Assembly (NCBI GenBank): GCA_964638875.1
Contig: CAZXBL010000001.1
Coordinates: 489 to 64,488, forward strand
From: an uncultured Candidatus Saccharibacteria bacterium
Lineage (GTDB): Bacteria > Patescibacteriota > Saccharimonadia > Saccharimonadales > JALRHH01
DNA length: 64,000 nucleotides
Reading direction: 5' to 3'
A program made the translations under genes and the position numbers. Shown here one piece after another: positions 8,524 through 17,227 of the stretch (position 1 is the first letter of the stretch; each line of letters begins with the position of its first letter). Below the pieces are notes generated by a model, which was not told the origin of the DNA, searched no databases, and saw nothing but the letters and a program-made list of their open reading frames with translations.

Positions 8524-10047
8524 ATGAAGCTCATTGATTCGTTAAGCTACGCACCGTTTGAACTGGCATTTGGTACATCGGGTTTGCGAGGTCTGGTGAC
8601 ACACATGACAGACCTAGAGTGCTATATAAATGCGTATGGTTTTATTGATTTCCTAAAACAGAGTGAGGATCTTCAAGAAGGTAGCACGGTCTATCTAGCG
8701 GGCGATCTACGCGACAGTACGCCCAGAATGTTACAGGTGATGACGGCGGCTATCAATGATGCAGGAATGGCAGTAGTTTACTGTGGCAAGATCCCAACCC
8801 CTGCGATCGCCTACTATTCGTTAGATAACAAAGCTCCTTGCATCATGGTGACCGGAAGTCACATCCCTGCCGATCGTAACGGTATTAAGTTCTATAAAGC
8901 ATCGGGTGAGGTATTAAAGGCAGACGAGGCACTCATGCAGCAACAAGTTGCAGTTGCGCGTAGGACCATCTACGCTCAGCAGCTTAAGGAGTCTAAGTTT
9001 AAACCTGACGGCTCCCTGAAAGACCTGCCTGAACTCCCGGTCGTAGACCAGGGAGCTGAGACTGTCTATAGTAATCGCTACATTGATGTTTTTGGCCCCA
9101 ATGCCCTGGCAGGTAAAGAAATTGTGATGTACCAACATAGCGCAGTAGGGCGGGATATCATAGTGCAGATCATGGAATCACTGGGGGCTACAGTCACTCC
9201 AGTTGAAAGAAGCGAAATATTTGTACCTATTGATACTGAAAATGTCCGGGAAGCCGAAAAGCAACTCTTTAAGCGATTTGCCACTGAAAACCCTAATTGC
9301 TTCGCAATTGTATCTACTGACGGGGATAGCGACCGACCTTTTGTAATCGATGAGACAGGTGAATTTCACCGTGGCGATGTACTGGGCTGCGTCGCTACTG
9401 ATTTTTTGGAGGCTCAGTTTGCTGCAGTACCTATTAGCGCTAATGACGCAGTTGACGAGTTCTGTACTAAGAAAAGTGTAGAACTGGTACACACAAAGAT
9501 TGGATCACCATTTGTAATCGTTGCGATGCAACAATCCACCCGACATCCTGCAGTGGGCTGGGAGGTGAATGGGGGGCTATTAACGGGCGATGACATTTTT
9601 GTAAATGGGAAAGTATTAAGGGCATTGCCTACCCGTGATGCGTTGTTGCCGATTCTCTGCGCACTACTGTCCGCGGCCCAACCAGATAGAAAAGTCTCAG
9701 AAGTATTCGCAGCCCTTCCTGCACGTTATACTGGAGGAGGATTGATTGACGTCACTGAAGAACAGACAGGACAGGTAAGAAGTCTTGGTAATGATATAGC
9801 TCGCGCGCAGCAGGTAGCTGATAGCATATTTGCCAATTCGTCTTTTGGTAGTGCCACACTGGATACTACTGACGGACTAAGAATGATATTTGAAAACGGC
9901 GAAGTTATGCACTTGCGTGCCTCTGGGAATGCGCCTCAAGTGCGAGTTTATACAAATGCAGCAACACAGTCACGCGCTGATGAACTTGCGGACGAAGCCC
10001 TCGACAGTAAGGGCTACATCATGAAATTACTGAGTAAGTTGGCTTAA
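8524..10047 (+). CDS. Phosphomannomutase/phosphoglucomutase (alpha-D-phosphohexomutase family)
   Basis: Active-site serine loop TGSHIPADRNGIKF, Mg-binding DGDSDR loop, and a 507-aa four-domain length. It starts immediately after the manC stop. Confidence 0.8.
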   Translation: MKLIDSLSYAPFELAFGTSGLRGLVTHMTDLECYINAYGFIDFLKQSEDLQEGSTVYLAGDLRDSTPRMLQVMTAAINDAGMAVVYCGKIPTPAIAYYSLDNKAPCIMVTGSHIPADRNGIKFYKASGEVLKADEALMQQQVAVARRTIYAQQLKESKFKPDGSLKDLPELPVVDQGAETVYSNRYIDVFGPNALAGKEIVMYQHSAVGRDIIVQIMESLGATVTPVERSEIFVPIDTENVREAEKQLFKRFATENPNCFAIVSTDGDSDRPFVIDETGEFHRGDVLGCVATDFLEAQFAAVPISANDAVDEFCTKKSVELVHTKIGSPFVIVAMQQSTRHPAVGWEVNGGLLTGDDIFVNGKVLRALPTRDALLPILCALLSAAQPDRKVSEVFAALPARYTGGGLIDVTEEQTGQVRSLGNDIARAQQVADSIFANSSFGSATLDTTDGLRMIFENGEVMHLRASGNAPQVRVYTNAATQSRADELADEALDSKGYIMKLLSKLA

Positions 10048-11877
10048 TTACTCGACGGTAACTGATTTGGCGAGGTTTCGTGGTCTGTCAACGTTGTGAC
10101 CTTTGGCAACAGCAACGTAATATGCAAAAAGCTGCATCACCACTACTACGAGTAGTTCCTGGGTCTGCTCTAATGTTTCTGGGATATAAATGACATCGTC
10201 AGCTACTCTTGCTACAGACTTGTGACCCTCTGTTGTAACCGCGATGACCGGGCCCTTGCGTGCACGGATTTCTTCGATATTAGAGATGGTTTTCTCTAGT
10301 AGTGAGTCATCTGTTGCAACGGCAAAAGTCGGAAAGTTCTCGTCAATCAAGGCAAGGGGACCGTGCTTCATTTCGCCGGCCGAATAGCCCTCAGCATGGA
10401 TGTAACTGATCTCCTTTAGTTTAAGTGCACCTTCAAGGGCGCAAGGGAACCCATATTTGCGGCCGATGAACATGAAATCTGCGTAGTCTTTGTATTTGTG
10501 AGCGAGTCTTTCAATAGACGGAGCATTGTCCAGGATTTGTTTTACTTTGTCTGGCAAGATTTGTAGCTCGTGCATAATTGGCTTGTAAAGTGGCGTCCGA
10601 CCCTGACTTAAATGGAGGGCTATTTCTGTCAGTATGGTCACTTGAGCGATAAAGGCCTTTGTACTAGCAACAGACTGTTCCGGACCGGCATGGCAATATA
10701 CACCCGCATCAGTCATACGGGCTATCGTAGAGCCGACTGTGTTAACAATCCCAAGGCGCAGGACGCCAAAACTCTCAACTTTTTTCAGGGCTGCAATAGT
10801 ATCAGCGGTTTCGCCTGACTGTGATATTGCCAGGAGCGCAGTACTGCGGGAAAACGGCTCGTTTCGATACTTGAATTCTGATGCGTGCTGTACCTCTACT
10901 GGTATACCTGCGATTTCCTCAATGAGGTACTCGCCAACTAGCCCAGCGTAGTATGAAGTGCCACACGCGACTATAACGATACGGTCAATGTAGCGGAGTT
11001 GCTCAGCAACGTTATCAAGCCCACCAAGCTTTACGCTGTTGCTCTCTGGCTTAATACGCCCACGAGTGGCTGCTTGAATTGTCTGTGGCCCCTCGTGAAT
11101 TTCCTTGAGCATGAAATGTGGGTAGTCGCCAAGCGCAGCCTTCTCTGAATCGTAATCCAGTAATTCTGCCTCACGCTGGACCTGCACAGCGTGCTTGATA
11201 TTGTGGATTTTAGCCTCATCTTTGCAGATACGTGCGATCTCATAGTCATCAAGATAAATAACCTTTTTAGTACGATCCATTATAGCTGTGGCGTCAGATG
11301 CCAGGAAATGTTCGCCGTCACCCACGCCGATGACGAGAGGGCTAGACAGACGTGCAACGTACAGACAATCTGGCTCTTTGGCGTATAGAGCAGCTATCGC
11401 ATAGGCACCACTAAGTTCCTCGATAGTCTTTTCAAAGGCTTTCTGAAATGTATCTTCTGCTTGCAGGTGAAAATCGATCAGGTGAGGGATAACCTCGGTG
11501 TCCGTTTCTGATACAAACACGTATCCTTTTGACTGTAAACGAGCACGAAGCTCTTGATAGTTTTCAATAATACCGTTGTGTACAACAAAGATGGTCTTAT
11601 CTGTATTGTAGTGGGGGTGTGCATTGGTAAGGCTTGGCGCTCCGTGAGTTGCCCAGCGAGTATGCCCGATTGCTACGTGTGTGTTATCCACGGGCAGTGT
11701 TTCGAGCTCTCCTTGCAAAGCTTCGACGCGTCCTACCTGTTTTGTGGTGACCGGTTGACCGTCAATGATAGTACTAATTCCGGCTGAGTCGTAGCCCCGA
11801 TATTCCAGGGAGTGCAACCCTTGCATTACGAAGTCAACAGCATGACTTTTTCCGATGTATCCGACAATTCCGCACAT
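10048..11877 (-). CDS. glmS: Glutamine--fructose-6-phosphate aminotransferase (isomerizing)
   Basis: MCGIVGYIG N-terminal nucleophile start, two SIS domains, 609 aa, C-terminal ...SVTVE. Confidence 0.95.
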   Translation of the reverse strand: MCGIVGYIGKSHAVDFVMQGLHSLEYRGYDSAGISTIIDGQPVTTKQVGRVEALQGELETLPVDNTHVAIGHTRWATHGAPSLTNAHPHYNTDKTIFVVHNGIIENYQELRARLQSKGYVFVSETDTEVIPHLIDFHLQAEDTFQKAFEKTIEELSGAYAIAALYAKEPDCLYVARLSSPLVIGVGDGEHFLASDATAIMDRTKKVIYLDDYEIARICKDEAKIHNIKHAVQVQREAELLDYDSEKAALGDYPHFMLKEIHEGPQTIQAATRGRIKPESNSVKLGGLDNVAEQLRYIDRIVIVACGTSYYAGLVGEYLIEEIAGIPVEVQHASEFKYRNEPFSRSTALLAISQSGETADTIAALKKVESFGVLRLGIVNTVGSTIARMTDAGVYCHAGPEQSVASTKAFIAQVTILTEIALHLSQGRTPLYKPIMHELQILPDKVKQILDNAPSIERLAHKYKDYADFMFIGRKYGFPCALEGALKLKEISYIHAEGYSAGEMKHGPLALIDENFPTFAVATDDSLLEKTISNIEEIRARKGPVIAVTTEGHKSVARVADDVIYIPETLEQTQELLVVVVMQLFAYYVAVAKGHNVDRPRNLAKSVTVE

Positions 11878-11914
11878 AGACTAAGTAGGTATCCTTTTCA
11901 TTAGTAAGCAGACG

Positions 11915-13015
11915 CTATTGTATAACTTTATCTAAGAAACGGTGTAAACTTCTGTGAAAATTATCGATTGAGTAGTTTTCTGCAGCCTTTTTTATATCAT
12001 CTTGGTTATATTTTGAGGGATCGAAGGTTTGGAGGGTGGTTTGGAGGGATTCTACGGTTTGTTCGGTGAAGAATGCGCCGGTTTTGCCTTCTTGGACGTA
12101 GTCGAGGGCGCCACCGGCTTTGTAGGCGACTACTGGGGTGCCGGCTGCCATGGCTTCAACAGGGGTTATACCAAAGTCATCTTCGCCGCAAAAGATAAAC
12201 GCTTCTGCGCTTGCCATGTATTTTTTGACCTTTTCGTCGGAGACATCAGTGTCAAAGATAACACTTGGCCCGGCTGCTTTCTGAAGATTGATATTTTCTG
12301 GACCATTTCCGGCAACGGTTAGTTTCAGCCCCAGTTCGCTACAAGCTTTTATAGCCAAAATCTGCTGTTTCTGCGGTACCTGACGACCGAGTACCAAAAA
12401 GCCTTCACGTGGCTGCTTAGGGAAGTCACGGAACGGTTCCGTGTTTACAGGAGGGAAGATAACAGTAGAATCACGATTGTAGTACCGCTTGATGTCAGCC
12501 TGGATATGATTAGAATTCGCAATCACGTAGTCTGCACGCTGCGCGGCTTTGTAGTCCCATTCGCGAAAGGGAGCGACGAATAGTTTAAGTGCCAGACGAA
12601 CGATAGGATTAAATGGCCCAAAACCAGGCTTCGCTGTATACAAATCATAGTGACGCCAATAGTAGTGTGTTGGAGAGTGACAATAGTTAACATGTAAAGT
12701 GTTCTTGTCAGTTTTTACAGAAAAGGCTTCGCCATTGCCAGATGAACTAATGACCAAATCATATTTGGACAGGTCAAGATGGCCAAACCACCAGATTCGT
12801 GGCAAAATCATGAATTTACGAAGCTTGCCAAAATGCTGTAGCCAGCCAGTAACGACTTTACCGTCAAGTTTCTGTTGCCATTTATCAGTTGCATAGGAGG
12901 TATAAATGGGTGCATTAGGGAACATGTGGTGTAGCTCCAACACGACTTTTTCAGCACCGCCTCCTACCAACCAGTCATGAACAATCGCAACCTTCAAAGT
13001 TGTTAGATCTTTCAT
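11915..13015 (-). CDS. Glycosyltransferase family 1 (GT4)
   Basis: GT1 C-terminal region FIFCGEDDFGITPVEAMAAGTPVVAYKAGG. It overlaps the upstream gene by 4 nt. Confidence 0.8.
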   Translation of the reverse strand: MKDLTTLKVAIVHDWLVGGGAEKVVLELHHMFPNAPIYTSYATDKWQQKLDGKVVTGWLQHFGKLRKFMILPRIWWFGHLDLSKYDLVISSSGNGEAFSVKTDKNTLHVNYCHSPTHYYWRHYDLYTAKPGFGPFNPIVRLALKLFVAPFREWDYKAAQRADYVIANSNHIQADIKRYYNRDSTVIFPPVNTEPFRDFPKQPREGFLVLGRQVPQKQQILAIKACSELGLKLTVAGNGPENINLQKAAGPSVIFDTDVSDEKVKKYMASAEAFIFCGEDDFGITPVEAMAAGTPVVAYKAGGALDYVQEGKTGAFFTEQTVESLQTTLQTFDPSKYNQDDIKKAAENYSIDNFHRSLHRFLDKVIQ

Positions 13016-14541
13016 TTACCGCCAGTGCCACCAAGGATTGCTCTGGCTGTCCGTATAAGGATAGATATATCAAGCCAGAAGTTCCAGTTCTGCACGTAGT
13101 AGACATCAAGCTTACGACGTTCGTCAAAACTGATGTCGCGACGTCCAGATATTTGCGCTAACCCCGTTAGCCCTGACTTCACGCTTAAAATTGAGTGCTT
13201 CTTCTCGTATGCATTGAGTTCTTGAGGGATAAGTGCGCGTGGTCCAACCAAGCTGATGTCGCCCTTCAACACATTGAATAGTTGTGGTAACTCGTCGAGA
13301 CTAGTGTTTCTTAGAAAGTTTCCGACCCAACCATAGCGAGGGTCATTCTGTAAAAAGTCCCCTCCATCCCTGTATTGCTTGATAAGCTGTGGTTTACCCA
13401 TTTTCTGGAAGGCTTCTTCCGGAGTCATACCGTTATACTTGGTCTTCACAGTGCGGAGTTTGTAGACCCTAAATTCTCTATTAAATCGAGTTAGACGAAT
13501 CTGCCTAAAGAACACATCGCCTTTTGGCTCGGCTAGCTTCATGAAAACTGCCACTACAGCAAGAACAGGTAGGGCGATGACCATACTCAAACTGGTAACC
13601 ACAAGATCAAACAACCGCTTTGCAACTCGTCCCCAACCAATCAGGGCTGTTTGGTGAACAGCGATGACCGGAAGCCCCGCAAACAGCTCTACGGCGATGT
13701 TGCCAACGAATAAATCACTGTTGCCAGGCACAAATCGGTACGAAATATGATTAGTTTGGGCATATAGCAGAATCTTGTTGTTCTTGGCCTGGTCACGGTA
13801 GAGTTCAGTCTGAATGATGCCGTGGATTTGGCCATTATTTAGGTGCTCCACAACGGTTTCAAAATCTTCGAAATGGGGGTAGTCACGGTATTTGCGCCCG
13901 ACAATTCCCAGCACCCGTACTCCGGTACTACGTGTGTCGCCAACAGACTCTGTAATGTCTTCGCTGACACGGGTATCGCCGATGATCAAAATATTGCTGA
14001 CACCTCCACCAAATCGGTACAAAATGTGCCGGAACAATCGAGCAAACGTCCTAAAGAGCGCCAGCAGCACAAACCCAATTATCAGAGCGTACAGTGGCAC
14101 CAATCGTCCGGGCAGTAACTGGTCCTCTGATAAAAAGTCGTAACCAATGATAAGCAACGTGCCAATAAAGGCGCCAACAAGCAACCGACCAAGTTCTACG
14201 AAGCGCTTTTCGTAGATTTCTTGGCGATATAGCCCTATAAAAGCGTGTACCAACAGCCAAACCGGCAATATGTACACAATTGCCTTCAAGAAGTTCTCAC
14301 CGCCTATAGTAGCGATCTTGCCATCGTCAAAGTAGTTGAACCGGAGGAAATAAGCCGCTGCGAATGCAGCTATTAAAGCAATGAAGTCACCGAATAAGAG
14401 GAAAATAGAGTAGATAAGTGAGGCGTTGTTCTTCATATAGTGACTATCATTGTACCACCGTAGATAGTTGCTGTTATACAAGTAGAGCGGAGGAGGGTAG
14501 GAGCTTGCTCGTACCCTCCGAGTACTACGCTGTAATCGCAT
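13012..14541 (-). CDS. Polyprenyl-phosphate hexose-1-phosphate transferase (WbaP/CpsE-like bacterial sugar transferase), the initiating enzyme
   Basis: Multi-TM N-terminus and the C-terminal bacterial sugar transferase domain [24 protein letters not shown]. Confidence 0.85.
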   Translation of the reverse strand: MRLQRSTRRVRASSYPPPLYLYNSNYLRWYNDSHYMKNNASLIYSIFLLFGDFIALIAAFAAAYFLRFNYFDDGKIATIGGENFLKAIVYILPVWLLVHAFIGLYRQEIYEKRFVELGRLLVGAFIGTLLIIGYDFLSEDQLLPGRLVPLYALIIGFVLLALFRTFARLFRHILYRFGGGVSNILIIGDTRVSEDITESVGDTRSTGVRVLGIVGRKYRDYPHFEDFETVVEHLNNGQIHGIIQTELYRDQAKNNKILLYAQTNHISYRFVPGNSDLFVGNIAVELFAGLPVIAVHQTALIGWGRVAKRLFDLVVTSLSMVIALPVLAVVAVFMKLAEPKGDVFFRQIRLTRFNREFRVYKLRTVKTKYNGMTPEEAFQKMGKPQLIKQYRDGGDFLQNDPRYGWVGNFLRNTSLDELPQLFNVLKGDISLVGPRALIPQELNAYEKKHSILSVKSGLTGLAQISGRRDISFDERRKLDVYYVQNWNFWLDISILIRTARAILGGTGGK

Positions 14542-14575
14542 GATATACTATGCTTGATTAGTACAGAATACGAAC

Positions 14576-15022
14576 ATGAAGAAAAAACACTTACTAAAGA
14601 AAAAACAACGTAAAGAATTAACCCGGTTTGCCGAATATATGATCGGTGGTGGTGTCTGGTTCTGGAGTGGGTATGTAATAATCGTTGTCCTGGATGATCA
14701 CATCGGTCTGTTCTGGGCGAATGTATTGGGCCAAACAGTTGGTTTGACGCTCAACTTTATCATCGAGCGGTATTGGGCATTCAAGACCAAGCGACCTGCA
14801 GCCCTATTAGTCGCCACTAAACGCTACATTGGCTACACAGTTGTGAACGCATTCGGGCTTAATTACCTGATACTACTGGGGCTTCGCAGCGTTGGTATTG
14901 ATCCAGCAATCGGGCAATTTATCGCATCTGCATTCTTTACCGTGTGGAACTACTACTGGTACAAAGTCTATGTATTTAAGGGTAAAGACAAGCCAAAGCA
15001 TGTAAAGCACCACACACCATGA
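14576..15022 (+). CDS. GtrA-family membrane protein (polysaccharide synthesis / flippase-associated)
   Basis: 148 aa with four predicted TM helices. The GtrA-like pattern is GGGVWFWSGYVIIVVL ... WAFK. Confidence 0.65.
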   Translation: MKKKHLLKKKQRKELTRFAEYMIGGGVWFWSGYVIIVVLDDHIGLFWANVLGQTVGLTLNFIIERYWAFKTKRPAALLVATKRYIGYTVVNAFGLNYLILLGLRSVGIDPAIGQFIASAFFTVWNYYWYKVYVFKGKDKPKHVKHHTP

Positions 15023-15471
15023 GTGAACAAACAGCAGTTCGTCCAACTAAGAAGCAGCGTGAGTTACTGACCTATATTGAGGGATTTATCGCTGAACATG
15101 GCTACAGCCCGAGTTATCGTGAAATTATGAATGGGTTGAGTTATAGCTCAGTTGCTACGGTAGCGTTACATGTGAATAGTCTGATTAAGCGCGGCCATTT
15201 GCGCAAACGTGACCATTCGGCACGTTCCATAGAACTTGTAGATATTACAGAAGCACCAGTTAAGACGAACGAGGTTAAGCCAGCTGAGGAAAAGTGGTTG
15301 GTTGAAAAAGTTGAACATTATTTTGCCCAAGCAGAGCAAAGCGTGATCACCCAGACACAACTAGATGAGCTGTATGTTCTGATCGGGGCGCTCAAAGTAT
15401 TGGGTCTCGATGGGGCAGCACATTCGTTCATTCCAAGATTGTCAGAATTAAAGGCGGGAGGCGAATCGTAG
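15019..15471 (+). CDS. LexA-type winged-helix DNA-binding protein without S24 peptidase domain
   Basis: N-terminal 70 aa match the LexA DNA-binding domain pattern (EIMNGLSYSSVATVALHVNSLIKRGHLRKRDHSARSIELV). The C-terminal 75 aa lack the Ser/Lys dyad. The gene overlaps the gtrA-like stop by 4 nt and ends 2 nt before uppP. Confidence 0.55.
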   Translation: MSEQTAVRPTKKQRELLTYIEGFIAEHGYSPSYREIMNGLSYSSVATVALHVNSLIKRGHLRKRDHSARSIELVDITEAPVKTNEVKPAEEKWLVEKVEHYFAQAEQSVITQTQLDELYVLIGALKVLGLDGAAHSFIPRLSELKAGGES

Positions 15472-15473
15472 GC

Positions 15474-16301
15474 ATGGAAATATTGCATGCCATTCTGCTG
15501 GGAATCATAGAGGGAATAACGGAATTCTTGCCCGTTTCCAGTACGGGTCACTTAACGATAGCCGAGCGATTACTCGGCTATGACATCGGCGATCCGGCGA
15601 TCACAGCGTTTACAGCATTTATTCAGACCGGAGCAACGCTAGCGACGATGCTATATTTCAGGAAGGATTTATGGCGGGTCCTGAAAGCTTGGTTCAATGG
15701 ATTGTCTGGCAGGGCAAAACGAGGCGCTGATTACAAACTAGGATGGGGAATTATTATCGGGTCTATCCCAATTGCTATTGTTGGTATAGCTTTTAAGGAG
15801 CATATCGAAACTACTATCCGTAGCCTATGGATTGTCGCAATTGGGCTGCTGGCATGGAGCGCCGTTATGTACCTGACAGAGCGCTACGCAAAACAATCTC
15901 GCAGTGAAAAGTCTGCTACATGGAAAGATACGCTATTTATTGGCCTCGTGCAGTGTATGTCGTTAGTGCCTGGTGTATCACGGTCAGGTGCGACTATCTC
16001 AGCATCGTTCATGCGTGGATTTGACCGGGTTACTGCGACTAGATTGTCGTTCTTCCTGTCTATTCCTGCCTTACTGGCAGCTGGCATCCTACAGGTTGCG
16101 ACTCATGCGGATGATATTGATGCCCGAGTTGGCTGGTTGCCAACGATTGTGGCAACCGTTGTGTCTTTTCTGGTTGCATACGTCGCAGTCGCCTGGCTTT
16201 TGAAATTCATCGCCCACCATTCATTTAAAAGCTTTATTGTCTACCGTGTCGCCATCGGTAGCATCCTGATACTATTGTTGGTAACAGGTGTGTTAGAATA
16301 A
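15474..16301 (+). CDS. uppP: Undecaprenyl-diphosphate phosphatase
   Basis: EGITEFLPVSSTGHL and SRSGATI motifs of the BacA/UppP family; 8 TM helices. Confidence 0.9.
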   Translation: MEILHAILLGIIEGITEFLPVSSTGHLTIAERLLGYDIGDPAITAFTAFIQTGATLATMLYFRKDLWRVLKAWFNGLSGRAKRGADYKLGWGIIIGSIPIAIVGIAFKEHIETTIRSLWIVAIGLLAWSAVMYLTERYAKQSRSEKSATWKDTLFIGLVQCMSLVPGVSRSGATISASFMRGFDRVTATRLSFFLSIPALLAAGILQVATHADDIDARVGWLPTIVATVVSFLVAYVAVAWLLKFIAHHSFKSFIVYRVAIGSILILLLVTGVLE

Positions 16302-16325
16302 GCGTAATTACATTAGCGAGGGAAT

Positions 16326-16982
16326 ATGGCAAGTCTTAAACCAAAAAAATTATTTACAACAAAAAGAATGCTAGTACTGGCCAACATTGTGGTATTGCTC
16401 GGTCTAGCTGGCTTCGGGGGCTACTTCTTTAAGAAGTACCAGGATACCAAAAACGCGAGTCCAGAAAAAATCCAGCAGGCGCAGGTGGATCAAACAATTA
16501 GTGAGGTTGGCAAGCTATACGCACTGCCAGCCAACGAAAAGCCTGATGTGGCGACCGTTAAGGACAAAGAAGCGCTCAAGAAACAGTACCCATTCTTTGA
16601 TCAGGCTGAGAACGATGACGTCGTTCTGATTTACAAGGAAGCAAAGTTGGCTATCCTATACCGCCCGAGCACCAAGAAACTGGTTAAAGTCGGTCCTGTA
16701 AACATCGAAAACGGTTTAAGTATCCGGACTGTCGGCAGTGATACAGAACGTTCCGCGGTTGAGAAGCTGCTGACCGACAACAAGCTAACCTTCACGACTG
16801 GCGGAACCGCTAAAACTGCAGTTAGTGGTGTGATCGTCGTGGACCTAAAAGGTACGAACAGCGAGCAAGCCAAGAAACTAGCCGAAATCGTCAAGGGAAC
16901 CGTTGGTACTTTGCCGGAAGGTGAAGACAAGCCTGCTGATGCTGACTTGTTAGTACTTGTCGGTCCTACGACAACTCCTTAG
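16326..16982 (+). CDS. Membrane-anchored hypothetical protein, possibly a LytR_C-like domain
   Basis: N-terminal TM helix. The C-terminal region weakly resembles the LytR/CpsA/Psr C-terminal domain. Confidence 0.45.
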   Translation: MASLKPKKLFTTKRMLVLANIVVLLGLAGFGGYFFKKYQDTKNASPEKIQQAQVDQTISEVGKLYALPANEKPDVATVKDKEALKKQYPFFDQAENDDVVLIYKEAKLAILYRPSTKKLVKVGPVNIENGLSIRTVGSDTERSAVEKLLTDNKLTFTTGGTAKTAVSGVIVVDLKGTNSEQAKKLAEIVKGTVGTLPEGEDKPADADLLVLVGPTTTP

Positions 16983-17227
16983 TTAATACCACCAGGGGTG
17001 GTGCACTACTACCTATGGTGTGCCAGATGTAGCGTATACTACTACAGCTAGTGTAGCATTAACGTGCTAAGATACCTGTACTTAACAAAAAAGAAAGCTG
17101 GAATCAGGTTAAATTCCTGAACTGTGCCGCAACGGTTAAAGTCCGATACAGCGTAAATCTCTCGAGCAGGAGTGAGTCTACAAGATCTTTGTACCCTCAT
17201 TTACTTACCGGGAATGAGGGGATTTTT

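Noticed and set aside
8524-10047. Calling the phosphohexomutase specifically glmM (phosphoglucosamine mutase) because glmS is adjacent
   Set aside because: At 507 aa, with a TGSHIP active-site loop and a position immediately after manC, it fits PMM/PGM better than the ~450-aa GlmM with its TASHNP loop. Specificity cannot be settled from sequence alone.
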